Virus record (IMG/VR): IMGVR_UViG_3300032285_000913
Length of the DNA: 64,000 bases
Direction: 5' to 3' (one strand)
Source of the DNA: an uncultured virus (IMG/VR IMGVR_UViG_3300032285_000913)
Taxonomy: Duplodnaviria > Heunggongvirae > Uroviricota > Caudoviricetes
Each line of letters starts with the position of its first letter. The first letter of the stretch is position 1. This document shows, piece by piece, positions 41,101 through 50,461 of the stretch. Below the pieces are notes generated by a model, which did no database searches, had not been told where the DNA came from, and saw only the letters and a program-made list of their open reading frames with translations. The position numbers and the translations under genes were made by a program.

Positions 41101-41407
41101 TGCTATTCCAGCAGACGAAATTAAGGGCAACCCTTCGGCACTAATTAAGATTCTTAATTTCCGACAGTTGCCATACAAGGATGATGAACTATATGTGGTA
41201 TCATTCAAGCCACGAGTTACCAAAGCAGGTAAGAAGATGGCTTCATTGGTCCTGGCTGATGCCAGCCGTGACCTACACAGCGTTACAGTCTTTCCTACAG
41301 CCTTTTCAAAGGCTTACATGAAGATTGACGAGGGTAACGTTTATAAATTCTCTTTGGGTAAAACTAAAGACGGAACAACTATTATGGAGGATGTATTCAA
41401 TGTTTGA
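38129..41407 (+). CDS. dnaE: DNA polymerase III alpha subunit
   Basis: PHP domain LHVHTHFSLFDG/TDHG, GPGRGSAAGS, PDIDTD, GIHAAG, YSFNKSH. Confidence 0.96.
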   Translation: MSSYAPLHVHTHFSLFDGIATPQEYVDRAVSVGMTSISITDHGSLSGHREMYRAAKAAGIKPILGVEGYICKDRFDHDEKDKTDLLNLNYNHLIILAKNAKGLENLNKLNELAWTEGFFKKPRMDWEILEKYKDGLVITSGCLSGFLCKAIEADNLAVAKEHIQWAKKTFGDDYYIEVMPHNPAEVNKLLLELADEFGIKPVITPDCHHADTTQRDIQELKLILNTYSNKVQGDANFAGTQDYDNLMDKLDYLYGADRQMSFKDFEIHLLSDEEMRNAMLKQGIDREDMYQNSIDIADQIEDYNLPDHLDLLPVQYQNPDQELRELALAGLAERNLADKQEYLDRLDEELQIIKDKNFGPYFLVVRNMINWAKKEDIMVGPGRGSAAGSLLCYALGITDIDPIEHGLLFFRFINPERNDFPDIDTDIQDSRREDVKDYLVRQYRHVASIATFLEFKGKGMVRDIARVLNIPLADVNKVLKLVDDWDDYLTSKSTAEFREKYPEIEQYGEQLRGRIRGTGIHAAGVVTSKEPIFKFAPLETRTAPGSKERIPVVAVDMEEAEKIGLIKIDALGLKTLSVIQDTTKIIEERTGTKIDLHAINMEDANVYRMLSDGFTKGVFQCEATPYTNLLVKMGVKNFNELAASNALVRPGAMNTIGKDYIARKHGKQNISYHHQLMKPFTVDTYGCILYQEQVMQACTELGGMTMAEADKVRKIIGKKKDAREFDVFKERFVKGASQHLRPEVAEELWTDFEAHAGYSFNKSHAVAYSTVSYWTAWLKYYYPIEFMFALLKNESDKDARTEYLIEAKRMGIPVKLPHINDSDIDFKIEGKGIRFGLSSIKFISDNIASKYMSARPFNSYKELEEFTFGKGNGVNSRALQALKVIGAATFPDNPRNDEEVKENLYEYLNLPEFNMSVPSHYHAFINDVEEYEEKGAYVLMGMVKGIKRGKGWSRVELLDKTGSTGIFDDEQTTIEAGRTYIILASDNRIVTAIPADEIKGNPSALIKILNFRQLPYKDDELYVVSFKPRVTKAGKKMASLVLADASRDLHSVTVFPTAFSKAYMKIDEGNVYKFSLGKTKDGTTIMEDVFNV

Positions 41408-41735
41408 TGCACTAGCAATGGAACTGCATGAAACCGCAGTTAAAAAGGGTTTCTGGAAAGTAATTGATGATGCTACCGCAGAGCAGACAGATATCTTTAT
41501 CACCAAGCAATTGATGATGATTGTGTCTGAAGTTACTGAGGTAATGGAAGCAATTCGTAAAGACAAGGGCGAGGATGAAATTGCTGCAGAGTTTGCAGAT
41601 ATTCTAATCCGCACACTTGACCTATACGCAGGTATGGTTGACCTTGGTTATCTAACTAAGTCACTTGACTATGCCCTAGAAGAGAAGACTGGGTTTAACA
41701 AGACACGCCCAGAGAAGCACGGAGTAAGATTCTAA
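41400..41735 (+). CDS. MazG-like nucleotide pyrophosphohydrolase
   Basis: IVSEVTEVMEAIRK..EFADILIRTLD; ATG 41400 overlaps the dnaE end. Confidence 0.8.
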   Translation: MFDALAMELHETAVKKGFWKVIDDATAEQTDIFITKQLMMIVSEVTEVMEAIRKDKGEDEIAAEFADILIRTLDLYAGMVDLGYLTKSLDYALEEKTGFNKTRPEKHGVRF

Positions 41736-41962
41736 TGTCAGTAACAGTATATACAAATCCAAACTGTGTTCAGTGTGAAATGACCAAGAAGTTCTTGGAT
41801 AAAGAAGGCATTGAGTACACAGTAGAAAATCTACAATCAGATGAAAACTATGAGAAGTTAGTTGAGTTTGTTAATCAGGGGTTCAAGGCAGCACCAATTG
41901 TAGTAACCGATACAGAAACTTGGTCTGGGTATAAGCCAGATAAGTTGGGGGCAATCAAGTAA
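41735..41962 (+). CDS. nrdH: NrdH-like glutaredoxin
   Basis: VTVYTNPNCVQC...APIV..WSGYKPDKL. Confidence 0.9.
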   Translation: MSVTVYTNPNCVQCEMTKKFLDKEGIEYTVENLQSDENYEKLVEFVNQGFKAAPIVVTDTETWSGYKPDKLGAIK

Positions 41963-42969
41963 TGACCACATTCGAAGAAGCAATGGCACAACTAGACCCA
42001 CGCATTCGCAAGCGTCTGTCGAATGGTGCAGGGTTTGAGACTACATATCAACCTACACCTAGTTTTGGTCTTAACCGTGCATTAAATGGTGGACTACCAT
42101 ATGGTCGTCAGGTATTGATTTGGGGAAGCAAGTCGTCTGCAAAGTCTTCACTTTGTCTGCAGATGATTGCACTAGCACAGGAACAGGGGAAATTATGTGC
42201 TTGGATTGATGCCGAAATGTCATACTCTGAAGACTGGGCTAAGGCTCTTGGGGTAGATACCGATAACCTAATCGTATCACAGGCTCGCACAATTAACGAG
42301 ATGGTGGACGTAGGAACTAACTTAATGAATGCTGGCGTAGACCTGATTGTAGTAGACTCTATCACATCACTTCTACCTGCTATTTATTTTGAGAAGGATT
42401 CGGATGAACTCAAACAGTTGGAGAATACCAAGCAGATTGGTGCAGAATCTCGTGACTTCAGTAACGCATGGAAGATGCTTAACTATGCTAATAACAAAGT
42501 AAAGCCAACTCTATTCGTTCTAATTAGTCAGAGCCGTAACAACATCTCTGCTATGTATACAAGCCAACAGCCAACAGGTGGACAGGCTACCAAGTTCTAT
42601 TCATCAACAGTAATTAAACTGTTTAGTTCTGAGTCAGACAATCAAGCAATCAAGGGTAAGATTCCTGTAGGGGATAAACTCATTGAAGAAAAGATTGGTC
42701 GCAAGGTTCGTTGGGAGATTCAATTTTCAAAAACATCACCAGCATTCCAATCTGGCGAATATGACTTCTATTTCCGTGGTGACGTGGGCGTAGACAGCAT
42801 TGGAGACCTGGTTGATACCGCAGAGATGATGGGCATTGTGGAGCGTACAGGAGCCTGGTACATCCTTCCTGACGGTACTAAGTTGCAGGGTAGGGATAAG
42901 TTCGTAGCACGAGTACGAGAAGACTTAGACTTGCAAGACGAAATTAAGGCTAAGGTTACTAATGGGTAA
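41962..42969 (+). CDS. recA: RecA-like recombinase
   Basis: GGLPYGR, GSKSSAKS, WIDAE, IVVDS, GAWY. Confidence 0.9.
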   Translation: MTTFEEAMAQLDPRIRKRLSNGAGFETTYQPTPSFGLNRALNGGLPYGRQVLIWGSKSSAKSSLCLQMIALAQEQGKLCAWIDAEMSYSEDWAKALGVDTDNLIVSQARTINEMVDVGTNLMNAGVDLIVVDSITSLLPAIYFEKDSDELKQLENTKQIGAESRDFSNAWKMLNYANNKVKPTLFVLISQSRNNISAMYTSQQPTGGQATKFYSSTVIKLFSSESDNQAIKGKIPVGDKLIEEKIGRKVRWEIQFSKTSPAFQSGEYDFYFRGDVGVDSIGDLVDTAEMMGIVERTGAWYILPDGTKLQGRDKFVARVREDLDLQDEIKAKVTNG

Positions 42970-43132
42970 GTACACTATCTATCCTGGTAGTTTTCGTTGC
43001 CACACTTGTAAGGTAGAGGTAAAAACTTTACGTTCATATTCAGAAGAGAAGGAACTTACATGGATGTGTCCCGACAAACATTTAAGTGTGGTAAAATTAA
43101 ATACAAAGAAATCTAGGAAGGATTATGAGTGA
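42962..43132 (+). CDS. Small Cys/His protein (not in the ORF track)
   Basis: MGKYTIYPGSFRCHTCKVEV...WMCPDKH, 56 aa, overlaps both neighbours. Confidence 0.7.
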   Translation: MGKYTIYPGSFRCHTCKVEVKTLRSYSEEKELTWMCPDKHLSVVKLNTKKSRKDYE

Positions 43133-43424
43133 GCGTAGTGAGTCTAAGCGTATTGATGCCAAACAACACAAGAACTCTGGTAGGAACACCCACAAAGGTG
43201 ATGCTACCTGGAGGAATTTTACAGCCGATTTCAAAGAAGTTGGTAAGTCTTTTACAATTAACAAAGAGGTATGGGCTAAGGCTACTACTGATGCTATTCG
43301 CAATGGGAATGACCCTGTCATTATTGTCGTACTGGGCGATTCAGGAATCAAGACTCGCCTCGCTGTTGTTGAGTTGTCCTTGTTAGAAATGATACTTGAC
43401 CAACTGCCACCTGATAGTGTATAA
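43125..43424 (+). CDS. Small PD-(D/E)XK nuclease / Hjc-like resolvase
   Basis: NSGR..KGDA..ADFKE. Confidence 0.65.
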   Translation: MSERSESKRIDAKQHKNSGRNTHKGDATWRNFTADFKEVGKSFTINKEVWAKATTDAIRNGNDPVIIVVLGDSGIKTRLAVVELSLLEMILDQLPPDSV

Positions 43425-43450
43425 TAGAACTACAACATTAAGGAAACAAA

Positions 43451-43756
43451 ATGGAACAACAACAAACAACAATTGATATGGTTAATGGTCTTACAGAGAT
43501 TGCTGACTACATGAATGACGAGGAACTGACTACAGCACTTACCTTTATTGCTAAGGTAATTCTTAAGCCAGACATTCCGCTCAATGTTGCTCAAGTGGAG
43601 ATTGTTCGTCTGCAAGCGATTGCTGCGAAAATGTCCTTCAAAGCCACATGGCTAACCAATGTAGATAAAGGAGATAGAGCGAAGAAGAATATTTATTACA
43701 CCGCTGCTGAGTCAATCAACAACTTAGTTTCGGCTCTTAAATATATTACTCGCTAG
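43451..43756 (+). CDS. Hypothetical protein
   Basis: SD AAGGA; promoter TTGACC-18nt-TATAAT at 43396-43425. Confidence 0.7.
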   Translation: MEQQQTTIDMVNGLTEIADYMNDEELTTALTFIAKVILKPDIPLNVAQVEIVRLQAIAAKMSFKATWLTNVDKGDRAKKNIYYTAAESINNLVSALKYITR

Positions 43757-43763
43757 TGTCGTT

Positions 43764-44573
43764 ATGGCAAAAAGTTTATTGCAACAAGTAATGCTCAAAA
43801 AGATTGATTCGAATCCAAGTTCGAAACCATCATTCATTGACAAGGAAGCACTGATTGAAAAGATTAACTCTGGCTATACTATCAATCGTGTAGATAAGTT
43901 TCAAACCAAGAAAACATTTGCACCTAGCACTATTGCATTCTCGCATGGAGAATGTCCTCGTTATTGGTATCTAGCATTCGAAGGTGCTAACTTCGTAGAT
44001 AATGCAGATGCCTATGGCGGTGCAAATATGACTGCTGGCACAAAGTCACACGAACGTATTCAGGAAGCAATGGGAAATGTCCCAGGGTTGCTTGCTGACT
44101 CAGAATTCAAAGTGACCTACAATGACCCACCTATCTTTGGATATGGTGACGTAATGCTCAACTGGGAAGACTCGCAATTGCTTGGTGAAATCAAGACAAT
44201 GCCGAATGAGGGATTTGAGTATCGTAAAACTGCAGGTAAGCCTAAACTGGGTCACATGGTCCAGTTGCTTATCTACATGAAAATTCTGAATAAGAATAAA
44301 GCAATTCTGATTTATGAAAACAAGAACAATCACGAACTGTTGATTTTCCCTGTTGAACTAAATCAGTATATGTATGAGTGGGTAGAGAACACTTTTGAAT
44401 GGATGCGTACTGTTCGCAAGGCATGGGAAGATAAAGCCCTGCCAGAGAAGAACTATCGTAGCAATTCAAAGATTTGCAAGACATGTCCTATTCAGGCTGC
44501 CTGTGCATCTGCTGGTTCTGGAGTGATAAAAATTAATTCTCTGGAGCCTTTAGATGAAAAACAAACACTGTGA
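43764..44573 (+). CDS. Cas4-like PD-(D/E)XK exonuclease
   Basis: CPRYWY, GTKSHERIQ, GYGD..GEIKT, QLLIYM, CKTCP..AC. Confidence 0.85.
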   Translation: MAKSLLQQVMLKKIDSNPSSKPSFIDKEALIEKINSGYTINRVDKFQTKKTFAPSTIAFSHGECPRYWYLAFEGANFVDNADAYGGANMTAGTKSHERIQEAMGNVPGLLADSEFKVTYNDPPIFGYGDVMLNWEDSQLLGEIKTMPNEGFEYRKTAGKPKLGHMVQLLIYMKILNKNKAILIYENKNNHELLIFPVELNQYMYEWVENTFEWMRTVRKAWEDKALPEKNYRSNSKICKTCPIQAACASAGSGVIKINSLEPLDEKQTL

Positions 44574-44853
44574 GTGGTGCGATAACCAATTTGAAACTAA
44601 ATTATCCTATCAAATATATTGTTCTGCAGTGTGCAGGGAATCGGCAACTAGAGAAAAGATTGCTGAAAAATATATAAAGGATAAGATTAAAAAACGTCAG
44701 GGTAAAAATAGACCTTGCAAATCTTGCGGACAACAACTATCAATCTATAATGATAGCAACACCTGCATTAAGTGTGAGACTAATCCTGATGATATCAATC
44801 AAATTTTAAAACAAATTAAGGGGATTGCAAATGGTAAAATTGAATTTGACTAA
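44554..44853 (+). CDS. Zinc-finger protein
   Basis: CEWC..YCSAVC..CKSC..CIKC. Confidence 0.7.
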   Translation: MKNKHCEWCDNQFETKLSYQIYCSAVCRESATREKIAEKYIKDKIKKRQGKNRPCKSCGQQLSIYNDSNTCIKCETNPDDINQILKQIKGIANGKIEFD

Positions 44854-45406
44854 TAAGCCAAAACAGTTCTGTGCCATTGATGCTAGTACTAATAGCCTAG
44901 CATTTGCTATCTTTGAAGATAATAAAATTATTGCTTGTGGCAAGATTAATTTTGCAGGTCTAACCACCTACGATAAAATTATAGATGCTGCCAGGAAGAC
45001 AAAGTCCTTCTTTGATAATTTTAATTTTGAAGCAATCATAATTGAACATACAGTGTTTATGAACAGCCCTAAGACTGCTGCACAACTGGCTATGGTCCAG
45101 GGAGCACTTCTTGGGGCTGCTTCAATGTCTGGGGTAAAAAAGATTGGTTCAGTATCTCCAATGACATGGCAAAACTACATAGGTAATAAAAAACTAACCA
45201 AAGAAGAAAAGTCAGAGATTCAAAAGAAAAATCCAGGCAAATCTGTATCATGGTTTAAAAATGAAGAACGCAAAGTTCGCAAACAAAGAACTATCAACTT
45301 TATTAATATTAATTATGATAAACAATTAGAAGATGATGATGTTGCAGATGCTTGTGCAATTGGACACTGGGCTTTAAAAAATTGGGATAAGGCATTTGGG
45401 TATTGA
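44831..45406 (+). CDS. RuvC-like Holliday junction resolvase
   Basis: AIDASTNSLAFA, IIIEH, DDVADACAIG. Confidence 0.82.
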   Translation: MVKLNLTNKPKQFCAIDASTNSLAFAIFEDNKIIACGKINFAGLTTYDKIIDAARKTKSFFDNFNFEAIIIEHTVFMNSPKTAAQLAMVQGALLGAASMSGVKKIGSVSPMTWQNYIGNKKLTKEEKSEIQKKNPGKSVSWFKNEERKVRKQRTINFININYDKQLEDDDVADACAIGHWALKNWDKAFGY

Positions 45407-45410
45407 CATT

Positions 45411-45566
45411 ATGGCGAATAAACTGTATACTAATGAAGCGTGGTTAAAAAAGCGTTACCACATGGATAAGAAAACGCCTCAAGATATAGCAAAGGAATGT
45501 GGCACTAGCGTAGAGACAATCTATGTCTATCTTGCCAAGTTCGGATTAAGGAAATCAAAACGATGA
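45411..45566 (+). CDS. Small HTH DNA-binding protein (not in the ORF track)
   Basis: MANKLYTNEAWLKKRY..KTPQDIAKECGTSVETIYVYLAKFGL, 51 aa. Confidence 0.75.
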   Translation: MANKLYTNEAWLKKRYHMDKKTPQDIAKECGTSVETIYVYLAKFGLRKSKR

Positions 45567-46039
45567 AAAAGATTGCAATTGCCCTAGCACTGGGTGTTAC
45601 TCTAGCAACCTCTGGTTGTGCCATACAGCAGAATGTAGTCAGTTCTGACAACTGTGTAACTGTTATTGTTGACTTTCAGTCATTAAAGACTGATAAAACC
45701 CAGACTTGTGTTCAGGCTGGTTCTGCTATTGAAGCAATGACTGCCTTCAATCTTGCTGGATACGCAATCCAGGGGACTGATAAGTACGGTCTTCAAATTG
45801 TTTGTCGTGTAAACGGTTTGCCAGATGCAATTCATGTAATCAAGTCTGACAAGCATAAAGGTTATGTCGAAAAGTGTGCAGACATGCCAGCAGATTTTGC
45901 ATACTGGGCATTGCTAATCAAGACTCCTAGTAAAGACTGGTCATTCGCTGACAAGGGAATTGCTGACCTGACAATCAATCCTGGAGAACAGGTAGCCCTA
46001 GTATTTTCAGTAGACGACAAGATGGTGCTTCCTAACTAA
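45563..46039 (+). CDS. Putative lipoprotein
   Basis: MKK + hydrophobic stretch + LATSGC lipobox-like; VCRVNGLP..C..P...YWAL. Confidence 0.7.
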   Translation: MKKIAIALALGVTLATSGCAIQQNVVSSDNCVTVIVDFQSLKTDKTQTCVQAGSAIEAMTAFNLAGYAIQGTDKYGLQIVCRVNGLPDAIHVIKSDKHKGYVEKCADMPADFAYWALLIKTPSKDWSFADKGIADLTINPGEQVALVFSVDDKMVLPN

Positions 46040-46326
46040 TGATTACTCGCAAGAAAACCAAAGTAGCACCAACAAAATTTTCTCGTGTATATGAACTACA
46101 GATTGGCACATTCACAATTGTCAAGGGTGATATAATTAAGATACAGGATGAACATGGACGCAAGTTCAAGTTTGATAGTGTTGTTACAAATACTGAGACT
46201 GGTGCAACATGGGTTGACTGCTTTGAAATGCAAAAAGCAACGTCAGGACAGTACTGCTCATTTGCAATTGAGAGAGTAAAGAGAATTCCTGCTCGCAGGG
46301 GAAAGCGTAAGAAGCGTGTCGATTGA
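46039..46326 (+). CDS. Hypothetical protein
   Basis: 95 aa, translationally coupled. Confidence 0.65.
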   Translation: MITRKKTKVAPTKFSRVYELQIGTFTIVKGDIIKIQDEHGRKFKFDSVVTNTETGATWVDCFEMQKATSGQYCSFAIERVKRIPARRGKRKKRVD

Positions 46327-46849
46327 AGACTTAACGGTAGAACATCTTGACGAGATGAACAAGGTTGTAGAGAAATATCTCCAGGGTGAAGAGCCAACCG
46401 CCATCTCTAAAGAACTTGCTCTACCAAGACAGAAAGTTGTAGCACACATTAACCAATGGCGTGTAATGGCTTCTGACAATGCTGCTATCCGTGCTAGGGC
46501 TAAGGAAGCCCTGGTGGGAGCAGACACGCACTACAGCAGACTTATCTCAAAGGCATACGAGGTCATTGATGATGCTACTACTACAGCAAACCTAACAGCA
46601 AAAACCGCAGGTATCAAGTTGGTTATGGACCTTGAGAAGACTCGTATTGATATGCTACAGAAGGCTGGTCTGCTTGAGAACAAAGAACTCGCAGAAGAAA
46701 TGCTAGAGATTGAGCGTAAGCAAGATATCCTTGTTGGTATTCTTAGGGATATTGCATCTGAGTATCCGCAAGTACGAGACGAAATTATGCGTAGGCTCTC
46801 GCAGGTATCAAAAGAGCAAGAGGTAATTACAATTGTCAATGTTCAATGA
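46316..46849 (+). CDS. Probable terminase small subunit
   Basis: N-terminal HTH plus helical region, directly upstream of the large subunit. Confidence 0.65.
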   Translation: MSIEDLTVEHLDEMNKVVEKYLQGEEPTAISKELALPRQKVVAHINQWRVMASDNAAIRARAKEALVGADTHYSRLISKAYEVIDDATTTANLTAKTAGIKLVMDLEKTRIDMLQKAGLLENKELAEEMLEIERKQDILVGILRDIASEYPQVRDEIMRRLSQVSKEQEVITIVNVQ

Positions 46850-48629
46850 GTTCCTTGACGTACTAAAAAGTAGTGTCTTTGAAGAGATGCCAGTGGATGT
46901 TAAGACATTCGTTGAGGGTGAAGACTATCTTGGTCAACCACAACTGTCACAAATTCAGTACGATATTGTAGAGGCTATGAGCCAAATCTACAAACTAGAA
47001 GAAGTCATTGAAATTCTGGGGGAAACAGAAGGTCGTAGATACTACAATAAATATACTAAGAACGAAGTTATTCTACAACTAGGCAAGGGTTCTGGTAAGG
47101 ACTTTGTTTCTACAGTGGCATGTTGCTATATCGTTTACAAACTACTTTGTCTTAAAGACCCTGCTCGTTATTTTGGTAAGCCATCTGGAGATGCTATCGA
47201 TATCATCAACATTGCTATCAACGCACAACAGGCTAAGAACGTTTTCTTCAAGGGCTTCAAGACCAAGATTGAAAAGTCACCCTGGTTTGCTGGCAAGTTC
47301 TACGCAAAAGCAGACAGCATTGAGTTTGACCACGCTGTAACAGTTTACTCTGGTCACTCTGAGCGTGAGTCTCATGAAGGTCTAAACCTTATCCTTGCAG
47401 TTCTTGATGAGATTTCTGGTTTCGCACAAGAGGTTGGAACAGGTAATGACCAAGGTAAAACTGCAGATAACATTTACAAAGCCTTCCGTGCTTCTGTAGA
47501 CTCTCGTTTCCCAGACCTGGGCAAAGTAGCACTTCTATCATTCCCACGTTATCCAGGAGACTTTATCTCTCAGCGTTACGACGCAGTGATTGCAGAAAAA
47601 GAAGTTGTTACGAAGCATCACAAGTTTATTATGAATCCAGAATTGCCAGAAGAAACAGAGGGCAATAGTTTAGAAATTGAATGGGATGAAGATACAATCA
47701 TCTCGTATAAATTTCCAGGCATGTTTGCAATTAAACGACCAACCTGGGTAGTTAATCCTACTCGTAAGATTGACGATTTCAAATTAGCATTCTATACAGA
47801 CCTCGGTGATGCCATGCAACGTTTTGCCTGTGTCCCAACTTACATGTCCGACGCATTCTTTAAACAACAAGAAAAAATTCGTGCTTGCATGACAGTCGTA
47901 AATCCAATTGACACCAATAAAAGTTTTATGGATTCATTTAAGCCAGACCCAGACAAGAAATACTTCGTTCATGCTGACCTTGCACAGCGACACGACAAGT
48001 GTGCTGTTGCCATTGCTCACGTTGAAAAATGGGTAAATGTCCAGGTAGTTAAAGACTACGCACAAGTAATGCCTATCGTAGTGGTAGATGCTGTAGTATA
48101 CTGGGAGCCAAAGATTGAAGGTCCTGTTAACCTTTCGGAAGTAAAACAATGGATTCAGAATCTACGCAGATTAGGTTTTGATTTAGGAATGGTTTCCTTT
48201 GACCGCTGGCAATCGTTCGATATTCAGAATGAATTGAAATCTGTTGGTATTAAGACTGAGACTGTTTCTGTTGCTAAGAAGCACTATGAAGATATGGCTA
48301 TGCTTGTTTATGAAGAGCGTCTAGCCATGCCAGCCATCGACCTGCTATTTGAAGAACTAACAGAGTTGAAGATTATGAAGGGCAACCGTGTTGACCACCC
48401 TCGCAAATCTTCTAAGGACTTGGCGGATGCTGTGTGTGGTGCTATCTTTGGTGCTATCTCTCACACACCTAGAGACTTAAATCAAATGGTTGAAATCCAC
48501 ACCTTCCGTGACAGAAAGAAAACTGAAGAAATGCACGAATGGGATAAGCGTAGCATTGTAGAAAAGAATAGACCAGAGCAAAAAGACCTGGATTCATACT
48601 TTAAACAGTTTAACATCAACGTAATATAA
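46833..48629 (+). CDS. Terminase large subunit
   Basis: GKGSGKD Walker A, AVLDEISGF Walker B, HADLA, SFDRWQS, VDHP..SKDLADA. Confidence 0.92.
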   Translation: MSMFNEFLDVLKSSVFEEMPVDVKTFVEGEDYLGQPQLSQIQYDIVEAMSQIYKLEEVIEILGETEGRRYYNKYTKNEVILQLGKGSGKDFVSTVACCYIVYKLLCLKDPARYFGKPSGDAIDIINIAINAQQAKNVFFKGFKTKIEKSPWFAGKFYAKADSIEFDHAVTVYSGHSERESHEGLNLILAVLDEISGFAQEVGTGNDQGKTADNIYKAFRASVDSRFPDLGKVALLSFPRYPGDFISQRYDAVIAEKEVVTKHHKFIMNPELPEETEGNSLEIEWDEDTIISYKFPGMFAIKRPTWVVNPTRKIDDFKLAFYTDLGDAMQRFACVPTYMSDAFFKQQEKIRACMTVVNPIDTNKSFMDSFKPDPDKKYFVHADLAQRHDKCAVAIAHVEKWVNVQVVKDYAQVMPIVVVDAVVYWEPKIEGPVNLSEVKQWIQNLRRLGFDLGMVSFDRWQSFDIQNELKSVGIKTETVSVAKKHYEDMAMLVYEERLAMPAIDLLFEELTELKIMKGNRVDHPRKSSKDLADAVCGAIFGAISHTPRDLNQMVEIHTFRDRKKTEEMHEWDKRSIVEKNRPEQKDLDSYFKQFNINVI

Positions 48630-48674
48630 TGGTATAATGGTCTTGTTGGAAACTTCCAACGAGGAGAAAAACAA

Positions 48675-50282
48675 ATTAACAAACCCCAAAGATTTTTACT
48701 AACTGTTTTACTAGCCTTCACACCTATATTTTTTGCTCAGTCTGCTTTCGCTCAAAGCCAGGCAGAATATGACGCTCTGATTTCGGTTGCACAGGCTAAA
48801 GTTTCTGCTGCCCAGGAAGCCTTACAGAAGGCTCAGGACGAACTTGCAGCAGCCCAACAACTATTGTTAGACACAAATAAGGCAGTATCAGATGCCAACG
48901 AAGTTTTGCAAAATAAGCAATCAACTGTGAACCAAAAGGCAGATGCCCTGGAGGTAGCACAAAATGCGGTAGACCAAGCACAGGCTAACTATGATAACAA
49001 TCTAATCGAAACCCCTATTGATAATGGACAGCCTACAATACCAGGTCTACAAGCAGATATCTATACATTCGACTCACAATATTACTACCCAGAAAGAGAT
49101 GCAACACTACACACATTCTGTAAAACAATTACCGTTGATAATATAGATAAAGATTGGGGCGGTGGGGATATTGAAGGCTGCGGTGGAGATTATGTAATGA
49201 TTCACTATACTGGCTTCCTCACCGTTCCAACATCAGATGATTATGAATTTCATGCTTTAGTTGACGATGGCTGGTATATGACTATTGGAGACACAGTTGT
49301 AAATGATAACTGGGTTCTTAAAGGTTGTGGTGGCTGGTGGAGTCAACCAATTACACTTGAGGGTGGAAAGTCTTACCCAATTGACGCATGGTTCTACGAA
49401 TATGGTGGAGGTGCTTGTAACCAGTTGCTATATATGAATAGCAGAGAATGGAATACAGTTCCAGCAGATTGGTTTTCGCAAAATGAAAAACCACAGGTGG
49501 TCAAAACTAAAGACCCATCATTATTAATTGTATTACAAGACATGCAATCAATCCTTTCAGATGCTACCACAAATTATAATTCAGCAAGTGGTGAGGTTGC
49601 TATTGCAACAGCAAACCTACTAGCCTTACAAGATAAACAATCTAAAATTCCTGGTACAATAGATACAGCATCGCAAGATGTAACAAATAAACAGGAGGCT
49701 TTGAGTGTCGCTCAACAAGAACTTAACGCCATTCCACCTTTCGAAGAGCCAACACCTACACCTGAGAAGACCACGGAACCTACTCAAGTCCCAGAAGAAC
49801 CTGTCTCTAAACCGATACCAGAACCAGACCCGACAACAACCCCCGAACCCAGTCAACCTGAGTTACCAGTAAACGTAGAAACCGTAGACCCTCAATCACT
49901 GACCCCAACACAGGTAGAGGAATTAAAAACGGTAGCGAATGAAATTCTAAATAATTCAGAGCAAGGCTCACCAGAATATGAACAAGCCCTTACAGCCCTA
50001 TTCGTAGCAGCCCAAGCAGATGACATTGTTCTTGACCCATCATTAGAATCAATCCCAGGATTGGAAGCAACCGTTGCTGCCATTAACTTTATGGGAAATG
50101 TTGGTGCAGACATGTCTCCCAAAGTAAGAACACAATCTAAAAAGATTGTTGTTACAGCAGTAGTCGCTGTTGGAGCAGCAGTCAATGCAGCAACAGGTGC
50201 TGCACTAATGGCAACCCCATCAGCAGGTGGAGCACCATCGGGTGGTTCATCTAGCACAGGATATAGAAGGAGGAAAGACTAA
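48675..50282 (+). CDS. Secreted, membrane-anchored protein: signal peptide, coiled coil, PA14-like domain, Pro-rich linker, C-terminal TM
   Basis: Frame is open from 48630; SD GAGGAG 48661, ATT 48675, signal NKPQRFLLTVLLAFTPIFFAQSAFA; YTGFLTVP..YEFHALVDDG..YEYGGGA is PA14-like. Confidence 0.75.
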   Translation: MNKPQRFLLTVLLAFTPIFFAQSAFAQSQAEYDALISVAQAKVSAAQEALQKAQDELAAAQQLLLDTNKAVSDANEVLQNKQSTVNQKADALEVAQNAVDQAQANYDNNLIETPIDNGQPTIPGLQADIYTFDSQYYYPERDATLHTFCKTITVDNIDKDWGGGDIEGCGGDYVMIHYTGFLTVPTSDDYEFHALVDDGWYMTIGDTVVNDNWVLKGCGGWWSQPITLEGGKSYPIDAWFYEYGGGACNQLLYMNSREWNTVPADWFSQNEKPQVVKTKDPSLLIVLQDMQSILSDATTNYNSASGEVAIATANLLALQDKQSKIPGTIDTASQDVTNKQEALSVAQQELNAIPPFEEPTPTPEKTTEPTQVPEEPVSKPIPEPDPTTTPEPSQPELPVNVETVDPQSLTPTQVEELKTVANEILNNSEQGSPEYEQALTALFVAAQADDIVLDPSLESIPGLEATVAAINFMGNVGADMSPKVRTQSKKIVVTAVVAVGAAVNAATGAALMATPSAGGAPSGGSSSTGYRRRKD

Positions 50283-50461
50283 TGAAGAAATTTTTAAATG
50301 ACCTCTTGGGTCAAGCCTGGACACTCCTCGGCATGTTCGTAGCATGGCTAGTTCTTGAGGGTTCAGCCAAAACAGTTGTAGGATACGCAATCATTGGCAC
50401 AACAGTTGTGTGGATGATTACTTACCCACTCAGAAATTCAAAAGACAAGGAGGAAGACTAA
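50282..50461 (+). CDS. Small 2-TM membrane protein, holin candidate (not in the ORF track)
   Basis: MKKFLNDLLGQAWTLLGMFVAWLVL...; SD AGGAGG; TAATG coupling on both sides. Confidence 0.7.
   Translation: MKKFLNDLLGQAWTLLGMFVAWLVLEGSAKTVVGYAIIGTTVVWMITYPLRNSKDKEED

Noticed and set aside
43764..44573. Cas4-like gene as part of a CRISPR system
   Set aside because: No repeat-spacer array or other cas genes seen; solo Cas4-like nucleases are common in phage recombination modules
38129..48629. Inteins or introns in dnaE, recA or terminase (also dnaB, nrdJ)
   Set aside because: Normal lengths, contiguous motifs, no C...HN splice junctions or LAGLIDADG motifs
46316..48629. Terminase located 40 kb from the portal
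   Set aside because: Displaced terminase genes occur in other large phages; not distinctive alone
48627..48675. Stop-codon readthrough fusing terminase to the downstream in-frame ORF
   Set aside because: A promoter, SD and signal peptide follow the TAA, so independent initiation is simpler
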